From an uncultured Chloroflexia bacterium (lineage in GTDB: Bacteria; Chloroflexota; Dehalococcoidia; DSTF01; JALHUB01): a DNA stretch of 64,000 nucleotides. The DNA lies in the NCBI GenBank assembly GCA_963703345.1, contig OY969814.1:1630967-1694966 (forward strand), in the 5' to 3' direction. The notes beneath the pieces are model-generated. The model did no database searches. It was given only the letters and a program-made list of their open reading frames with translations, and had not been told where the DNA came from. A program made the translations under genes and the position numbers. Numbering within the stretch: position 1 is the first letter of the stretch; every line of letters starts with the position of its first letter. Shown one piece after another: positions 27,944 to 37,609 of the stretch.

Positions 27944-28909
27944 GTGGTACCCTCGACAGATAGGATTGCCTGGCTCTTCCCGGGACAGGGCGCCCAGCAG
28001 GTCGGCATGGGGCGCGAGCTGGCGGAGAAATCGCCGGCGGCACGAGAGCTGTTCGAGCGGGCCGACGCCGTTCTCGGGCGTCGCCTCTCGGACATCTGCT
28101 TCGACGGACCGGAAGATCTGCTGCGCCAGACCGTCAACACGCAGCCGGCGATCATGACCCTCAGCCTCGCCTGCCTGGCAACGGCGAAGGAGGGCGGCGA
28201 TCTTCGCGAGGAGCCGACCTTGGTCGCCGGACACAGCCTGGGCGAGTATACCGCGGCGGTCGCAGTCGGCGCGCTTTCATTCCAGGACGGGCTGCTGCTG
28301 GTCCAGGCGCGCGGCCGCCTGATGCAAGCGGCCGGCGAGGAAAACCCCGGCGGCATGATCGCCGTGCTCGGCCTCGACGAAGCGGCGGCGGAGAAGCTGT
28401 GCGCGGAAAGCGGGGCTCAAGTCTGCAACGTCAACTCGCCGGAGCAGATCGTCATCGGCGGCAGCGTCGAAGCGGTGGCCAGGGCGACGGAGCTGGCGCG
28501 CTCGCACGGGGCGCGCAGGGCGGTTCCACTTGCCGTTAGCGGCGCCTTCCACACGGAGCTAATGCAGCCTGCGGCCATCGGCATGGCGGCGGCGCTGGGG
28601 CGAACGTCCTTCCACGATCTGGCCGTGCCGCTCGTCGCCAACGGCACCGCGAAGGCGATTGCGGAGGGGTCGCTGCTGCGCGAGGAGCTGTCGTATCAGC
28701 TCACGCACACGGTTCTGTGGCGGCAGTCGGTGGAGCGCATGCTGGCGATGGGCGTGACCGCTTTCGTCGAGTTCGGGCCCGGGCAAGTGCTGTCGGGGCT
28801 GGTGAAGCGAATCGCGCCTTCGGCTGCCGTGCGGACGATCGGCGAGCGGGAGCTTTTGGAGAAGACGGCGTCGCTGTCGGCTCAGGGCGAGCGGAACGGC
28901 AGGACGTAG
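27944..28909 (+). CDS. fabD: Malonyl-CoA:ACP transacylase
   Basis: FPGQGAQ...GHSLGEY active-site serine motif...GAFHT. Confidence 0.85.
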   Translation: MVPSTDRIAWLFPGQGAQQVGMGRELAEKSPAARELFERADAVLGRRLSDICFDGPEDLLRQTVNTQPAIMTLSLACLATAKEGGDLREEPTLVAGHSLGEYTAAVAVGALSFQDGLLLVQARGRLMQAAGEENPGGMIAVLGLDEAAAEKLCAESGAQVCNVNSPEQIVIGGSVEAVARATELARSHGARRAVPLAVSGAFHTELMQPAAIGMAAALGRTSFHDLAVPLVANGTAKAIAEGSLLREELSYQLTHTVLWRQSVERMLAMGVTAFVEFGPGQVLSGLVKRIAPSAAVRTIGERELLEKTASLSAQGERNGRT

Positions 28910-28914
28910 CGACG

Positions 28915-29325
28915 ATGCCAACGAGACGACGGCTGGCGCGGACTCTGGCGCTCCAGGCTCTCTATGAGGCGGACACGACGGGCCACGACCCGCAGGACGC
29001 GCTGGAACGCCTGCTCGTCGAGGCAGACGCGGTGCAGGAGAGCGCGGACTTCGCGCGGGAGCTGGTGACGGGCGCCGTCGAGCAACGCCAGCAACTCGAC
29101 GAGGTGATAGCGCGCGTGGCGCCGGCCTGGCCGCTCGAGCAGATGGCGGCGATAGACAGGAATATCCTGAGGCTTGCAATCCTGGAGATTTTGCTGAATA
29201 ATAGGACGCCAGTGAAGGCGGCAATCAACGAGGCCGTCGAGCTTGCCAAGACCTTCGGCAGCGATAATTCAGCGAAGTTCGTCAACGGCGTGCTTGGATC
29301 GGTTAGCTCGATGGCAGCGCGTTAA
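28915..29325 (+). CDS. nusB: Transcription antitermination factor NusB
   Basis: RRLARTLALQALYE...DRNILRLAILEIL; ATG at 28915, 6 nt after the fabD stop. Confidence 0.75.
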   Translation: MPTRRRLARTLALQALYEADTTGHDPQDALERLLVEADAVQESADFARELVTGAVEQRQQLDEVIARVAPAWPLEQMAAIDRNILRLAILEILLNNRTPVKAAINEAVELAKTFGSDNSAKFVNGVLGSVSSMAAR

Positions 29326-29344
29326 TCGGAGAAAGGAGTGGTAG

Positions 29345-29605
29345 GTGGCTACAGTTTTCGAGCGGGTACGCAAGATTGTCGTGGACCAGTTGGGAGTCGA
29401 GGAAGAGCAGGTAGTGCCCAGCGCCTCGTTCGTGGACGACCTGAACGCGGACTCCCTGGACCTGGTCGAGCTCATCATGTCGATGGAAGAGGAGTTCAGC
29501 AAGGACGGCAAGGCCCTTGAGATCTCCGACGAGGACGCGGAGAAGATCGTCACCGTCCAGGACGCAATCGACTACCTGAAGGACCTCGGCATAGAGGACA
29601 AGTAG
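29345..29605 (+). CDS. acpP: Acyl carrier protein
   Basis: LGADSLD-type phosphopantetheine site ([13 protein letters not shown]); 86 aa. Confidence 0.85.
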   Translation: MATVFERVRKIVVDQLGVEEEQVVPSASFVDDLNADSLDLVELIMSMEEEFSKDGKALEISDEDAEKIVTVQDAIDYLKDLGIEDK

Positions 29606-29720
29606 GCCCCCTGCCGCCCTGCGCGAGACCAGGCCTCTCTCGTTAGCGGTGTGGTACGTTTCCCCTTCGAAGAGCATAATTGGTTTAGAAGTATCGCTGT
29701 CACTCTCTTGATTTGAGCTT

Positions 29721-30164
29721 ATGGAGTTTTTCGGAGTAGGGCTGCCGGAGCTCGTGCTGATCCTCGTCCTCACGCTCATCGTGGTGGGGCCGCAGCGATT
29801 GCCGGAGGTTGCCGCGCAACTCGGCCGCGCGATCCGCGAGTTCCGTCGCTACAGCTCAGGCGTCAGCAAAGAGCTCCTGGATGCGGTGGCGGACCTGGAG
29901 CGCGAGTACAAGGAGCTGAAGGGGGAGCTGCGCTCGGTCAGCGGCGAGATGCTTCAGCGAGCGGAGTCGCTGGGGCGCGATCTGACGGACGTGTCGGAGG
30001 AGGTGCGGAAGAAGCTGAAGATTGAGGAGCCGCAGGCGAAGCCGCCCGCCCGGTCGCAACCCAGCGACAACGGCGCGACCGCCGATAGCGCGGCGCCGCC
30101 CGCTGTACAAACGACGGCGACAGAGGTCCGGAGTGACACGGTCCTCGAGGGACGGGAGGACTGA
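29721..30164 (+). CDS. tatB: Twin-arginine translocase TatA/TatB-family protein
   Basis: N-terminal TM helix + GPQRLPE hinge + amphipathic helix, long charged tail; 147 aa. Confidence 0.7.
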   Translation: MEFFGVGLPELVLILVLTLIVVGPQRLPEVAAQLGRAIREFRRYSSGVSKELLDAVADLEREYKELKGELRSVSGEMLQRAESLGRDLTDVSEEVRKKLKIEEPQAKPPARSQPSDNGATADSAAPPAVQTTATEVRSDTVLEGRED

Positions 30165-30223
30165 AGTCCTCCCCTACAGTTCGCCTCGACGGGTTGTCGA
30201 GAGTTCAGTGAGGGCAGGTCGAA

Positions 30224-30988
30224 GTGGCGACAGCCGAGGCCGACGCGGGCAGCGCAAGTAGCGGCAAGGAGCTGACGATACTGGAGCATCTCCAGGAGCT
30301 GCGGCGGCGCCTCATTGTCTGCGCCATCGTGATCGTTGTCTCTTTCGGCGTATCCCTGTTTCTGACGAGGTGGTTCCTGGAGTGGATCACTGCGCCGGCA
30401 AAGAACAGCGGTCAGGACGTCTCTATCGTCTTCACCGACGTCCTCGGCTACTGGGGCGCCTACTTTCGCGTCGCGCTTCTGGCGGCGGTCGCGATGTCGA
30501 TGCCCGTTCTCGTCTACGAGGCGCTGGCCTTCGTCGGACCGGCACTGACGAAGCAGGAGAAGCGCTGGGTGTTCCCCATCGCCTTCGGGGCGACCGTGCT
30601 CTTCGTTATCGGCGTTCTCTTCGCCTACTACCTGGAACTGCCGCCCGCTCTCCGTTTCCTGCTCAACGCCAGCAACAACATCAAGCCGATGATCAACGTC
30701 AGCGGTTATGTCGACTTCGTAACGCGGCTGATGCTTGTGACCGGCCTGGTGTTCGAGCTGCCGCTGATCGTGATGGGGCTGGCGAAGCTGCATGTCGTGA
30801 CATCGCGGAAGTTGCTGGGCTGGTGGCGGTACGCTATCGTCGTCGCCTTCATCGTCTCGGCAATCGTTACGCCCTCCATCGATCCGATAACGCAGACAGT
30901 CGTCGCCGTGCCGATGATCGTTCTCTACTTCACGGGCATTATCCTCGCCAAGCTCGTCGAGCGGTCACGGGCGCCGGCAAACGGCTAA
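30224..30988 (+). CDS. tatC: Twin-arginine translocase subunit TatC
   Basis: ILEHLQELRRRL N-terminus, six TM helices, TatC-family layout. Confidence 0.8.
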   Translation: MATAEADAGSASSGKELTILEHLQELRRRLIVCAIVIVVSFGVSLFLTRWFLEWITAPAKNSGQDVSIVFTDVLGYWGAYFRVALLAAVAMSMPVLVYEALAFVGPALTKQEKRWVFPIAFGATVLFVIGVLFAYYLELPPALRFLLNASNNIKPMINVSGYVDFVTRLMLVTGLVFELPLIVMGLAKLHVVTSRKLLGWWRYAIVVAFIVSAIVTPSIDPITQTVVAVPMIVLYFTGIILAKLVERSRAPANG

Positions 30989-31008
30989 TCCGTCTTCTCA
31001 CTTTCTCA

Positions 31009-31038
31009 TTGACTTTCCGCTTTGGTCGTGCTATTATC
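31009..31038 (+). promoter_or_regulatory. sigma70-like promoter (TTGACT - 18 nt - TATTAT) about 130 nt upstream of the UDG gene
   Basis: Near-consensus hexamers read directly. Confidence 0.45.
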
Positions 31039-31170
31039 CGCCGCGTGGCGAGGTAACGCGCTGAGGTCGCGGTGCGAGCATGGAAGTTGTTTGGAGAAGC
31101 GACCTCCGGTCCTCAAAGGAGCCGTGGAGCTCCGAGGGCCCTGGGCTTCCCTCGCCTGCCGCATTTCTGA

Positions 31171-31797
31171 GTGACGGAGATGATTGAGGTTGACAGGAAG
31201 TCTGCGCTGGCGGAGCTGAACGGCGAGATAGCGCAGTGCGCGCAGTGCGAGCTGGCGGCGGCGCGTAGTCGAACAGTGCCAGGCGAGGGCCACGCCGACG
31301 CCGACATCCTCTTCATCGGCGAGGCGCCGGGCTACTACGAGGACCAGCAAGGGCGGCCGTTCGTCGGGCCGGCGGGACAGTTCCTGGAGCAGCTTCTTGG
31401 CTCCATCGGGTTGCGACGCGCCGACGTTTTCATCGCCAACGTCATCAAGTGCCGGCCGCCGCAGAACCAGGACCCGCTGCCGCACCAGATTTCGGCCTGT
31501 GGGGGCTGGCTGCAACGTCAGTTGGAGATAATCGAGCCGAAACTGGTGATAACGCTTGGGCGCTACTCCATGGCCAAGTTCTTCCCTGGGCAGTCGATAA
31601 GCCGGATCCACGGCCAGCCGCGACGAATCGGCGGGCTGCTAGTGGTGCCGATGTACCATCCGGCGGCGGCGCTGCATCAGGGGAGCCTGCGACGGACGAT
31701 CGAGGACGATTTTAAGAAGCTGCCACCGGTGCTGAAAAGCTCGCTGGCGGAGGAGTCTGCGGCAGTGCCGGAGTCGCAGCAGATGAAGCTGTTCTAG
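31171..31797 (+). CDS. Uracil-DNA glycosylase, family 4 (Fe-S cluster type)
   Basis: CxxCxL...GEGxxDADILFIGEAPG...GRPFVGPAG...IANVIKCRPP...HPAA motifs. Confidence 0.8.
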   Translation: MTEMIEVDRKSALAELNGEIAQCAQCELAAARSRTVPGEGHADADILFIGEAPGYYEDQQGRPFVGPAGQFLEQLLGSIGLRRADVFIANVIKCRPPQNQDPLPHQISACGGWLQRQLEIIEPKLVITLGRYSMAKFFPGQSISRIHGQPRRIGGLLVVPMYHPAAALHQGSLRRTIEDDFKKLPPVLKSSLAEESAAVPESQQMKLF

Positions 31798-31842
31798 ATA
31801 GGGAGATGACCGGTCGCGGGGGCGACCATCAAGGACGATAAG

Positions 31843-34272
31843 TTGGCCAAGGCAACGATGAGGTCACGGCCGGGCGGCGGCAAGCCGTCCAGCCTTGCGC
31901 CGCGCCGAGCGGCCGGCAGGCAGTTGCCGCGACGTCGCTCAGCGGGACGAGGGCGTCGGAGCCCGTCATTCCTTTCGACGCTGCGACCGCTGCTCTTCCG
32001 CTGGGAGACGTTGGGCGTGGCGCTTGTCGTCGTCGCCGTCGTCGCCATCCCCTGGCTGGTGCCCGTTACGACGGGCCTTGCCGATGCCCGCGATTCGCTG
32101 GTCGAGACGCTGGGCGCGGGCGTGTTCCTGCTCATCCTCCTGTTGGGCGTCGTCGGCTGGCTGATAATCCGGCGCACGCTCTTCTCGAGCTTCTACGTCT
32201 ACTGGCGAAGGTGGCTCGTCTCCCTCCTGCTTGCTGGGTTCGCGCTCGGGTTCCTCGCGCTCTTCCGGCCCGATTGGAAACTGGGCGGCACAGCTCTGTC
32301 CGACGTCACCGCCGGCGGCGATTGGGGCCATACGCTGGTCTCGGCCCCCATAGGCGTCCTTGCCTGGCTATGGCTGGCGCTGGCGGCGGCGGTCGTTATC
32401 TGGCCGAGGAGGTCGCTCCGCATTCTGCAGCGAAGTCCGCGGCTGGGCGTGGCCGTCTGGCGGCTGCACCTGCCGCAGCGGACGTACCGTTTGGCGCGGC
32501 GCACGGGCGACGCGATCTTCCCGACGACACTGGAGCCAGAGCCGACGGAGCCTGTCTCGGTGGAGACGCTGATGTGGGCGCGGACCAACGCGTCCCCGGT
32601 CGCCGAGCCGGGCGCGGCGGAAGCGACGGTGGCTGAGACGCAGGCGCCGGGCGAGCAGCAGGTCGCCGAACCGTGGCAACCCGCCCTGCCCCTCGCGCTC
32701 GAAGGTCCCGACGCGGACGCCCCGGAGACGGCGCCCCGCAGCAACGGGCGGTGGGAGATGCCGCCGCTGGACACGCTCCTCCCTGCCGGCACGGAGTCCG
32801 GCGAACGGCCCGACAACGCCGCTCGCTCGCGGCTGATCGTCGATACGCTGGCCAGCTTCGGCGTGGACGCGGAGGTCGTGCAGATTAACGAAGGCCCAAC
32901 GGTCACGCAGTTCGGCATCGAGCCGGGCTGGGAGGTCAAGACGCGCACGGTACAGGAGCGCAATAGCGCCGGCCGGCCCGTCATCGACCGAAACGGCCAT
33001 CCGAAGATGAGGACGGAGGAGGTATCGCGGACAAGGGTGCGGGTCAGCCAGATCACGTCGCTGGCCAACGACCTGGCGCTGGCGCTGGCAACGCCGTCGC
33101 TCCGGATAGAGGCGCCGGTGCCCGGGAAGCCGGTGGTCGGCATCGAGGTGCCGAACGTCACGACGTCGCTGGTGACGCTGCGCAGCGTCGTCGAGAGCCC
33201 GGCATTCCACCGGCTGGCGGGTCGCACCAAGCTGGCGCTGGCGCTGGGCAAGAGCGTTTCGGGAGAGCCGGTGGTAGCGGACCTGGCGAAGATGCCGCAC
33301 CTGCTCATTGCCGGCGCGACGGGCAGCGGCAAGAGCGTCTGTATCAACTCCATCATCGCCTGCCTGCTCATGCAGTCGTCTCCCGACGACGTGCGGCTCA
33401 TCATGATCGACCCCAAGCGCGTGGAGCTGGCGGCGTTCGCGCCGATACCACACCTGGCGTTTTCGTCGATCGTCATCGACGTCGACAAGGTTGTGGGCAC
33501 GCTGCAGGCGGTGATCCACGAGATGGAGAGCCGCTATCGACGGTTCGCGTCGCTGGCGGTGCGCAACATCGAGGCGTTCAACCGCCACCCGAAGGCGCAC
33601 CTGCGACTGCCGTACTGGGTCATCATTATCGACGAGCTGGCGGACCTGATGATGGCGGCGCCCTACGAGGTGGAGCGTCAGGTGTGCCGGCTGGCGCAAC
33701 TGGCGCGGGCGACGGGCATTCACCTGATCATCGCGACACAGCGGCCGTCGGTGGACGTGGTGACGGGGCTGATCAAGGCGAACTTCCCGACGCGCATCGC
33801 CTTCGCGGTGTCGTCGCAGGTGGACTCGCGGACGATTCTCGACGGCGGCGGCGCGGAGAAGCTGCTGGGTCGCGGCGACATGCTGTACCAGCCGACGGAC
33901 GCGGCGAAGCCGAAGCGGTTGCAGGGCGTATATGTGTCGGACCAGGAGATCGAGCGGCTGGTGGCGTTCTGGACGCAGGAGCGGTTCCGCGAGGTGCAGC
34001 GGCAGGTATACGACAACTTGCTGAACGAGGCCCGGCCGGAGGTGGATGAGCTGTTCGGGGCGGACGACCCGCTGTACGAGCGGGCGCGAACGCTGGCGAT
34101 GGAGCACACGCGGATGTCGACGTCGATGCTGCAGCGGCGGCTACGGATAGGCTATCCGCGGGCGGCGCGTCTGATGGACATGCTGGAGGAGAAGGGGGTG
34201 GTGGCGGAGTCGGAAGGCGGGAGCTCGCGGCGGGTGCTGGTGCGCGCGGAGGAGGACGAGCAGGACGACTGA
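31843..34272 (+). CDS. ftsK: DNA translocase FtsK/SpoIIIE
   Basis: N-terminal TM domain, Pro/Ala-rich linker, motor domain with LIAGATGSGKS Walker A and DELADL Walker B, C-terminal gamma wHTH. Confidence 0.85.
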   Translation: MAKATMRSRPGGGKPSSLAPRRAAGRQLPRRRSAGRGRRSPSFLSTLRPLLFRWETLGVALVVVAVVAIPWLVPVTTGLADARDSLVETLGAGVFLLILLLGVVGWLIIRRTLFSSFYVYWRRWLVSLLLAGFALGFLALFRPDWKLGGTALSDVTAGGDWGHTLVSAPIGVLAWLWLALAAAVVIWPRRSLRILQRSPRLGVAVWRLHLPQRTYRLARRTGDAIFPTTLEPEPTEPVSVETLMWARTNASPVAEPGAAEATVAETQAPGEQQVAEPWQPALPLALEGPDADAPETAPRSNGRWEMPPLDTLLPAGTESGERPDNAARSRLIVDTLASFGVDAEVVQINEGPTVTQFGIEPGWEVKTRTVQERNSAGRPVIDRNGHPKMRTEEVSRTRVRVSQITSLANDLALALATPSLRIEAPVPGKPVVGIEVPNVTTSLVTLRSVVESPAFHRLAGRTKLALALGKSVSGEPVVADLAKMPHLLIAGATGSGKSVCINSIIACLLMQSSPDDVRLIMIDPKRVELAAFAPIPHLAFSSIVIDVDKVVGTLQAVIHEMESRYRRFASLAVRNIEAFNRHPKAHLRLPYWVIIIDELADLMMAAPYEVERQVCRLAQLARATGIHLIIATQRPSVDVVTGLIKANFPTRIAFAVSSQVDSRTILDGGGAEKLLGRGDMLYQPTDAAKPKRLQGVYVSDQEIERLVAFWTQERFREVQRQVYDNLLNEARPEVDELFGADDPLYERARTLAMEHTRMSTSMLQRRLRIGYPRAARLMDMLEEKGVVAESEGGSSRRVLVRAEEDEQDD

Positions 34273-34275
34273 TTG

Positions 34276-34599
34276 TTATTGTTTTCTAGAAACACGCGCT
34301 TTCCGAATCTGGGGAAGCGCGTTTTGCGTGATTGACCTGCGAATTATGCGGCGCGCCATCTCGTTGGAGGCGTCCTGAAGGGTGCGGTCGCCGCGCTTCC
34401 TCTGCTCAAGCATTCTGAGGAGGATGGGGCGCATGGCGGGGCTGGCAAGCAGGACCTCGGTGAGGGCGAGCAGTTGCCTGGAGTGCCGCCCGGTCTTGAG
34501 GGCGTTAAGGTTGCCCTTAGGGGCGCCTCGCCGGGGCGAGCCTTCGACTCTCCGAGGCGAGTCTTTGACGGCGGCGGGTCGTCTTCCTCCTGCTGGCAT
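34276..34599 (-). CDS. Possible small basic protein (107 aa) with a GNLNALKTGRHS motif. Coding status is uncertain.
   Basis: Open frame in a lower-GC intergenic-like region. Overlapping ORFs lie on the other strand. Confidence 0.25.
   Translation of the reverse strand: MPAGGRRPAAVKDSPRRVEGSPRRGAPKGNLNALKTGRHSRQLLALTEVLLASPAMRPILLRMLEQRKRGDRTLQDASNEMARRIIRRSITQNALPQIRKARVSRKQ
34294..34326 (+). terminator. Rho-independent terminator (acgcgctt / aagcgcgt stem plus TTTTG) 22 nt after the ftsK stop
   Basis: 8-bp perfect stem, 13-nt loop, and T-run read directly. Confidence 0.6.
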
Positions 34600-34689
34600 G
34601 GCGAGGTGATCGTAGCCGGTGCGCGAGGTTTTTCCAAGAGGGAAGTGGCACTGCTAACGCGTGGCAGCGAAACTCGGCCGCGAACGCTC

Positions 34690-34718
34690 TTGACAGACCT
34701 CTCCCAGGCACATATGAT
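34690..34718 (+). promoter_or_regulatory. Consensus sigma70 promoter (TTGACA - 17 nt - TATGAT), driving a ~190-nt structured leader ahead of the tail-fibre-like gene
   Basis: Perfect -35, 17-bp spacer, and near-perfect -10 read directly. AGGAGGT RBS at 34900. Confidence 0.6.
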
Positions 34719-34913
34719 GCTAAAGCCCCAGCCACTGGCGTGTGGCCGCCTCCCTTGTATGTGACACGCAAGTAGGACGCTTGCGGGCCCGAGCCTCCCC
34801 CGCGGCCTCGGCGTAACAGCCGAGCCACTCGATTCCGCTTCCGTTCGCCGTATATTCGCGTCTTCGTTTCGTCGGCCGGCAACAGCAGGAATTAGCACAA
34901 AGGAGGTATCACT

Positions 34914-36941
34914 ATGTGGCATCCTAAGAGCGTCAGAATCATCGTCATCCCGGTAGCGGCGTTGGCCGTCGGCCTCGCCCTGTGCGCGGCGATCTTAGTC
35001 ATCGCCCTGGGAGTGCGCCCAGCGGCGGCAGGGCCGAACGCCAGCCCGGGCGCGCCCAACCCGGGCCACGCCTGGGCCGAAATCGAAGGCCACGGGACAG
35101 ACTCAGCAGGCTGGTGGCTGGGCACCAGCGCCAGCACGGCCCTGGAGCTGCGCGTGAACGGTGTCCGCGCCCTGCGCCTGGAGCCCAACGCCACCAGCCC
35201 CAACGTCATCGGCGGCTACAGCGGCAACAGCGTGACGGCGGGTGCGGTGGGAGCCGCCATCGGCGGCGGCGGGGCGAGCGGCAATAGTAACAGCGTGAGC
35301 GACGACTACGGCACGGTGGGAGGGGGCTACAAAAACCAGGCGGGCGACAACGCGGGCACCACCTCAGACCGCACCTACGCCACCGTCGACGGGGGCGCCC
35401 TCAACATCGCCGACGGCACCACCTCTACCGTGGGCGGGGGCGCCTCGAATCACGCCAGCGGCGGCGGCTCGGCCGTCGGCGGGGGCTGGAGCAACACGGC
35501 CAGCGGCGTGTTCGCCACCGTGCCGGGGGGCGTCAGCAACACCGCCAGCGCCGACTACGCCACAATTGCGGGAGGCGGCAGAAGCGACCCCAACAACGCC
35601 AGCACGGGCAACCGCGTGACCGACAACTACGGCACGGTGGGAGGAGGCGGAAACAACCAGGCAGGCGACGGGGGCGACACCACAAGCAGCACCTACGCCA
35701 CCGTCGGCGGGGGCCAGAGCAACACCGCCAGCGGCACCCTCGCCACCGTCGGCGGGGGCCAATCCAACAACGCCAGCTCGTACGCCACCGTCGGCGGGGG
35801 CCAAAACAACAACGCCAGCGGCGGCGGCGCCACCGTCGGCGGGGGCTACGGCAGCATCGCCAGCGGCGGCTACGCCACCGTCGGCGGGGGCAGCAGCAAC
35901 ACGGCCAGCAGCAACTACGCCACCGTCGGCGGGGGCCAGAGCAACACTGCCAGCGCCGACTACGCCACCGTCAGCGGGGGCGACGGCAACCAGGCCAGCG
36001 CCGAGGGCGCCACCGTCGCCGGAGGCGGCTACGACCCCCTCTTCGGGGAGGGGGGCAGCAACTTGGCCAGCAATTTGGATGCCACCGTCGGCGGGGGCGC
36101 ACACAACATCGCCAACAGCGACTCCGCCACCGTCGGCGGGGGCAATTACAACACGGCCTCAGGGCCAGCCGCCACCGTGCCGGGGGGCTGGTGGGACGTC
36201 GCGTCGGGAATGTACAGCTTCGCTGCCGGCAACCGGGCCAAGGCCAACAACCAGGGGTGCTTCGTGTGGGCCGACTCTACCTACGCCGACTACACTTGCA
36301 GCACCAACGACCGGTTCCAGGTCCGCGCCAACGGCGGCGCGCGCTTTGACGTGAACAACGGCAGCTTCGTGCAGATCTTCAATGACGGGGTCAACCTTAT
36401 CAACACCTCGGCGGGCGGCGCGCGTCTGACGATGGCCGGCGTTTGGACCAACGCCTCGGATGCCGCCCTGAAGGAGAACTTCAGTCTCGTGGACGGCAAG
36501 GAGGTACTCGCCGACGTCGTCGCCATGCCCGTCAGCACCTGGAGCTACCGCGTCGAGGGCAGCGACACCGTGCACATGGGCCCGACGGCGCAGGACTTCT
36601 ACAGCGCGTTCAAGCTGGGCGACAGTGACAAGTCCATCGGCACCGTGGACGCCGAGGGCGTGGCGCTCGCATCCATCCAGGGGCTCTACCAGCTCTCCCA
36701 AGAGCAGGCCACCCGCATCCAGACCCTGGAGGACGAGAACGCTTCCCTCAAGCAAGGGCTTGACAGCCTGGACGCGCGGGTGACGGCGCTGGAAGGGGCA
36801 AACGGGACGAGCAACAGCAGCAACGGCGGATCGGCTGGACCGTTCTCCTCCGGCCTGAGCATCGGCTGGCTGCCTATCGGCGGACTGCTGGTGGCGGGCC
36901 TGGTCCTGGTGCAGCGCCGCCGCGCGGGAGGCAAGCGATGA
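34914..36941 (+). CDS. Cell-surface fibre protein: N-terminal signal anchor, ~25 Gly-rich 12-13-aa repeats (ATVGGGxSNTAS), a phage tail-fibre-type C-terminal intramolecular-chaperone (peptidase S74) domain, a coiled coil, and a C-terminal TM plus RRR tail
   Basis: SDAALKENFSLVDG...VSTWSYR...HMGPTAQDFYSAFKLG...LASIQGLYQL matches the S74 auto-cleaving chaperone signature (SDxxLKxNI...). C-terminus is LPIGGLLVAGLVLVQRRRAGGKR. Confidence 0.7.
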   Translation: MWHPKSVRIIVIPVAALAVGLALCAAILVIALGVRPAAAGPNASPGAPNPGHAWAEIEGHGTDSAGWWLGTSASTALELRVNGVRALRLEPNATSPNVIGGYSGNSVTAGAVGAAIGGGGASGNSNSVSDDYGTVGGGYKNQAGDNAGTTSDRTYATVDGGALNIADGTTSTVGGGASNHASGGGSAVGGGWSNTASGVFATVPGGVSNTASADYATIAGGGRSDPNNASTGNRVTDNYGTVGGGGNNQAGDGGDTTSSTYATVGGGQSNTASGTLATVGGGQSNNASSYATVGGGQNNNASGGGATVGGGYGSIASGGYATVGGGSSNTASSNYATVGGGQSNTASADYATVSGGDGNQASAEGATVAGGGYDPLFGEGGSNLASNLDATVGGGAHNIANSDSATVGGGNYNTASGPAATVPGGWWDVASGMYSFAAGNRAKANNQGCFVWADSTYADYTCSTNDRFQVRANGGARFDVNNGSFVQIFNDGVNLINTSAGGARLTMAGVWTNASDAALKENFSLVDGKEVLADVVAMPVSTWSYRVEGSDTVHMGPTAQDFYSAFKLGDSDKSIGTVDAEGVALASIQGLYQLSQEQATRIQTLEDENASLKQGLDSLDARVTALEGANGTSNSSNGGSAGPFSSGLSIGWLPIGGLLVAGLVLVQRRRAGGKR

Positions 36942-37606
36942 GACGAGCAGCAATATTCGCGGCCCTGCTCCTCGCTGTGCTGGCGGGCGCGCTCCGTGGG
37001 TACTGGCCGCTGGGCAGTGGCTCTGTCTCGTCCGCAGGCGGGCTGACATGCAGTGTGAGGGCGGGTAGCTGCGTCGGCGGCGAGGTAGCGGTATTCCGGA
37101 TGTCGGCCCTGGCCAACGCTCATGCGGGAACGGCGACCGTCTCGGGCTACCCTGACGTGGTGTGCTGCAGCGGCGTGACGGGCCTGAGCAATAGCTGTAG
37201 CGGGAGCCACGCCACGGTGCTGAGGCTATCGGCGACGGACAACGCGCACGTGGCCTCCAGCGACCCCAGCTACACGACCCAGGCGTGCCTGTCGGCGACC
37301 GGTACAACAATTACCTGCCAGTACGCATCAAGCTGCGGCAGTGGTTACACTTGCCTGGCAACTATCTACAGCAGCACCAACGCGCACGTGGCGGACTGCG
37401 ACGGCACCAACGACTACGGAACGAAGGTGTGTTGCTACGCCGGCGCGGCTGTGGCCGTCGGCGGCGTGGCGGAGCCTCCGGACGTAGCGGGATCGGGGAG
37501 CGGGTCGTCTTCTCCGCCGTATGCGGCGCTGGCGGGAGCGGCGGCAGGGGTCGTCGCGCTGGCGGCGGGCGGATGGTACGTTAGGAGGCGTTGGCGCACG
37601 GACTAG
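36938..37606 (+). CDS. Secreted Cys-rich protein (about 20 Cys) with a C-terminal VAVGGVAEPPD - G/S linker - TM - AGGWYVRRRWR tail
   Basis: Signal peptide MRRAAIFAALLLAVLAGA. Shares its C-terminal motif with the gene at 38530. 4-nt overlap with the upstream gene. Confidence 0.6.
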   Translation: MRRAAIFAALLLAVLAGALRGYWPLGSGSVSSAGGLTCSVRAGSCVGGEVAVFRMSALANAHAGTATVSGYPDVVCCSGVTGLSNSCSGSHATVLRLSATDNAHVASSDPSYTTQACLSATGTTITCQYASSCGSGYTCLATIYSSTNAHVADCDGTNDYGTKVCCYAGAAVAVGGVAEPPDVAGSGSGSSSPPYAALAGAAAGVVALAAGGWYVRRRWRTD

Positions 37607-37609
37607 CGG

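Noticed and set aside
31039-31170. Possible small RNA or riboswitch in the 130-nt leader between the strong promoter at 31009 and the UDG start
   Set aside because: No match to any riboswitch, SRP, 6S or tmRNA consensus that I can recognise. Probably just a 5' UTR.
34914-36941. Prophage, suggested by the tail-fibre-like protein plus the recombinase 10 kb away
   Set aside because: No capsid, terminase, portal or other phage genes lie between or around them. The intervening genes are core housekeeping (fab, tat, ftsK). The recombinase is degenerate and embedded in a conserved operon.
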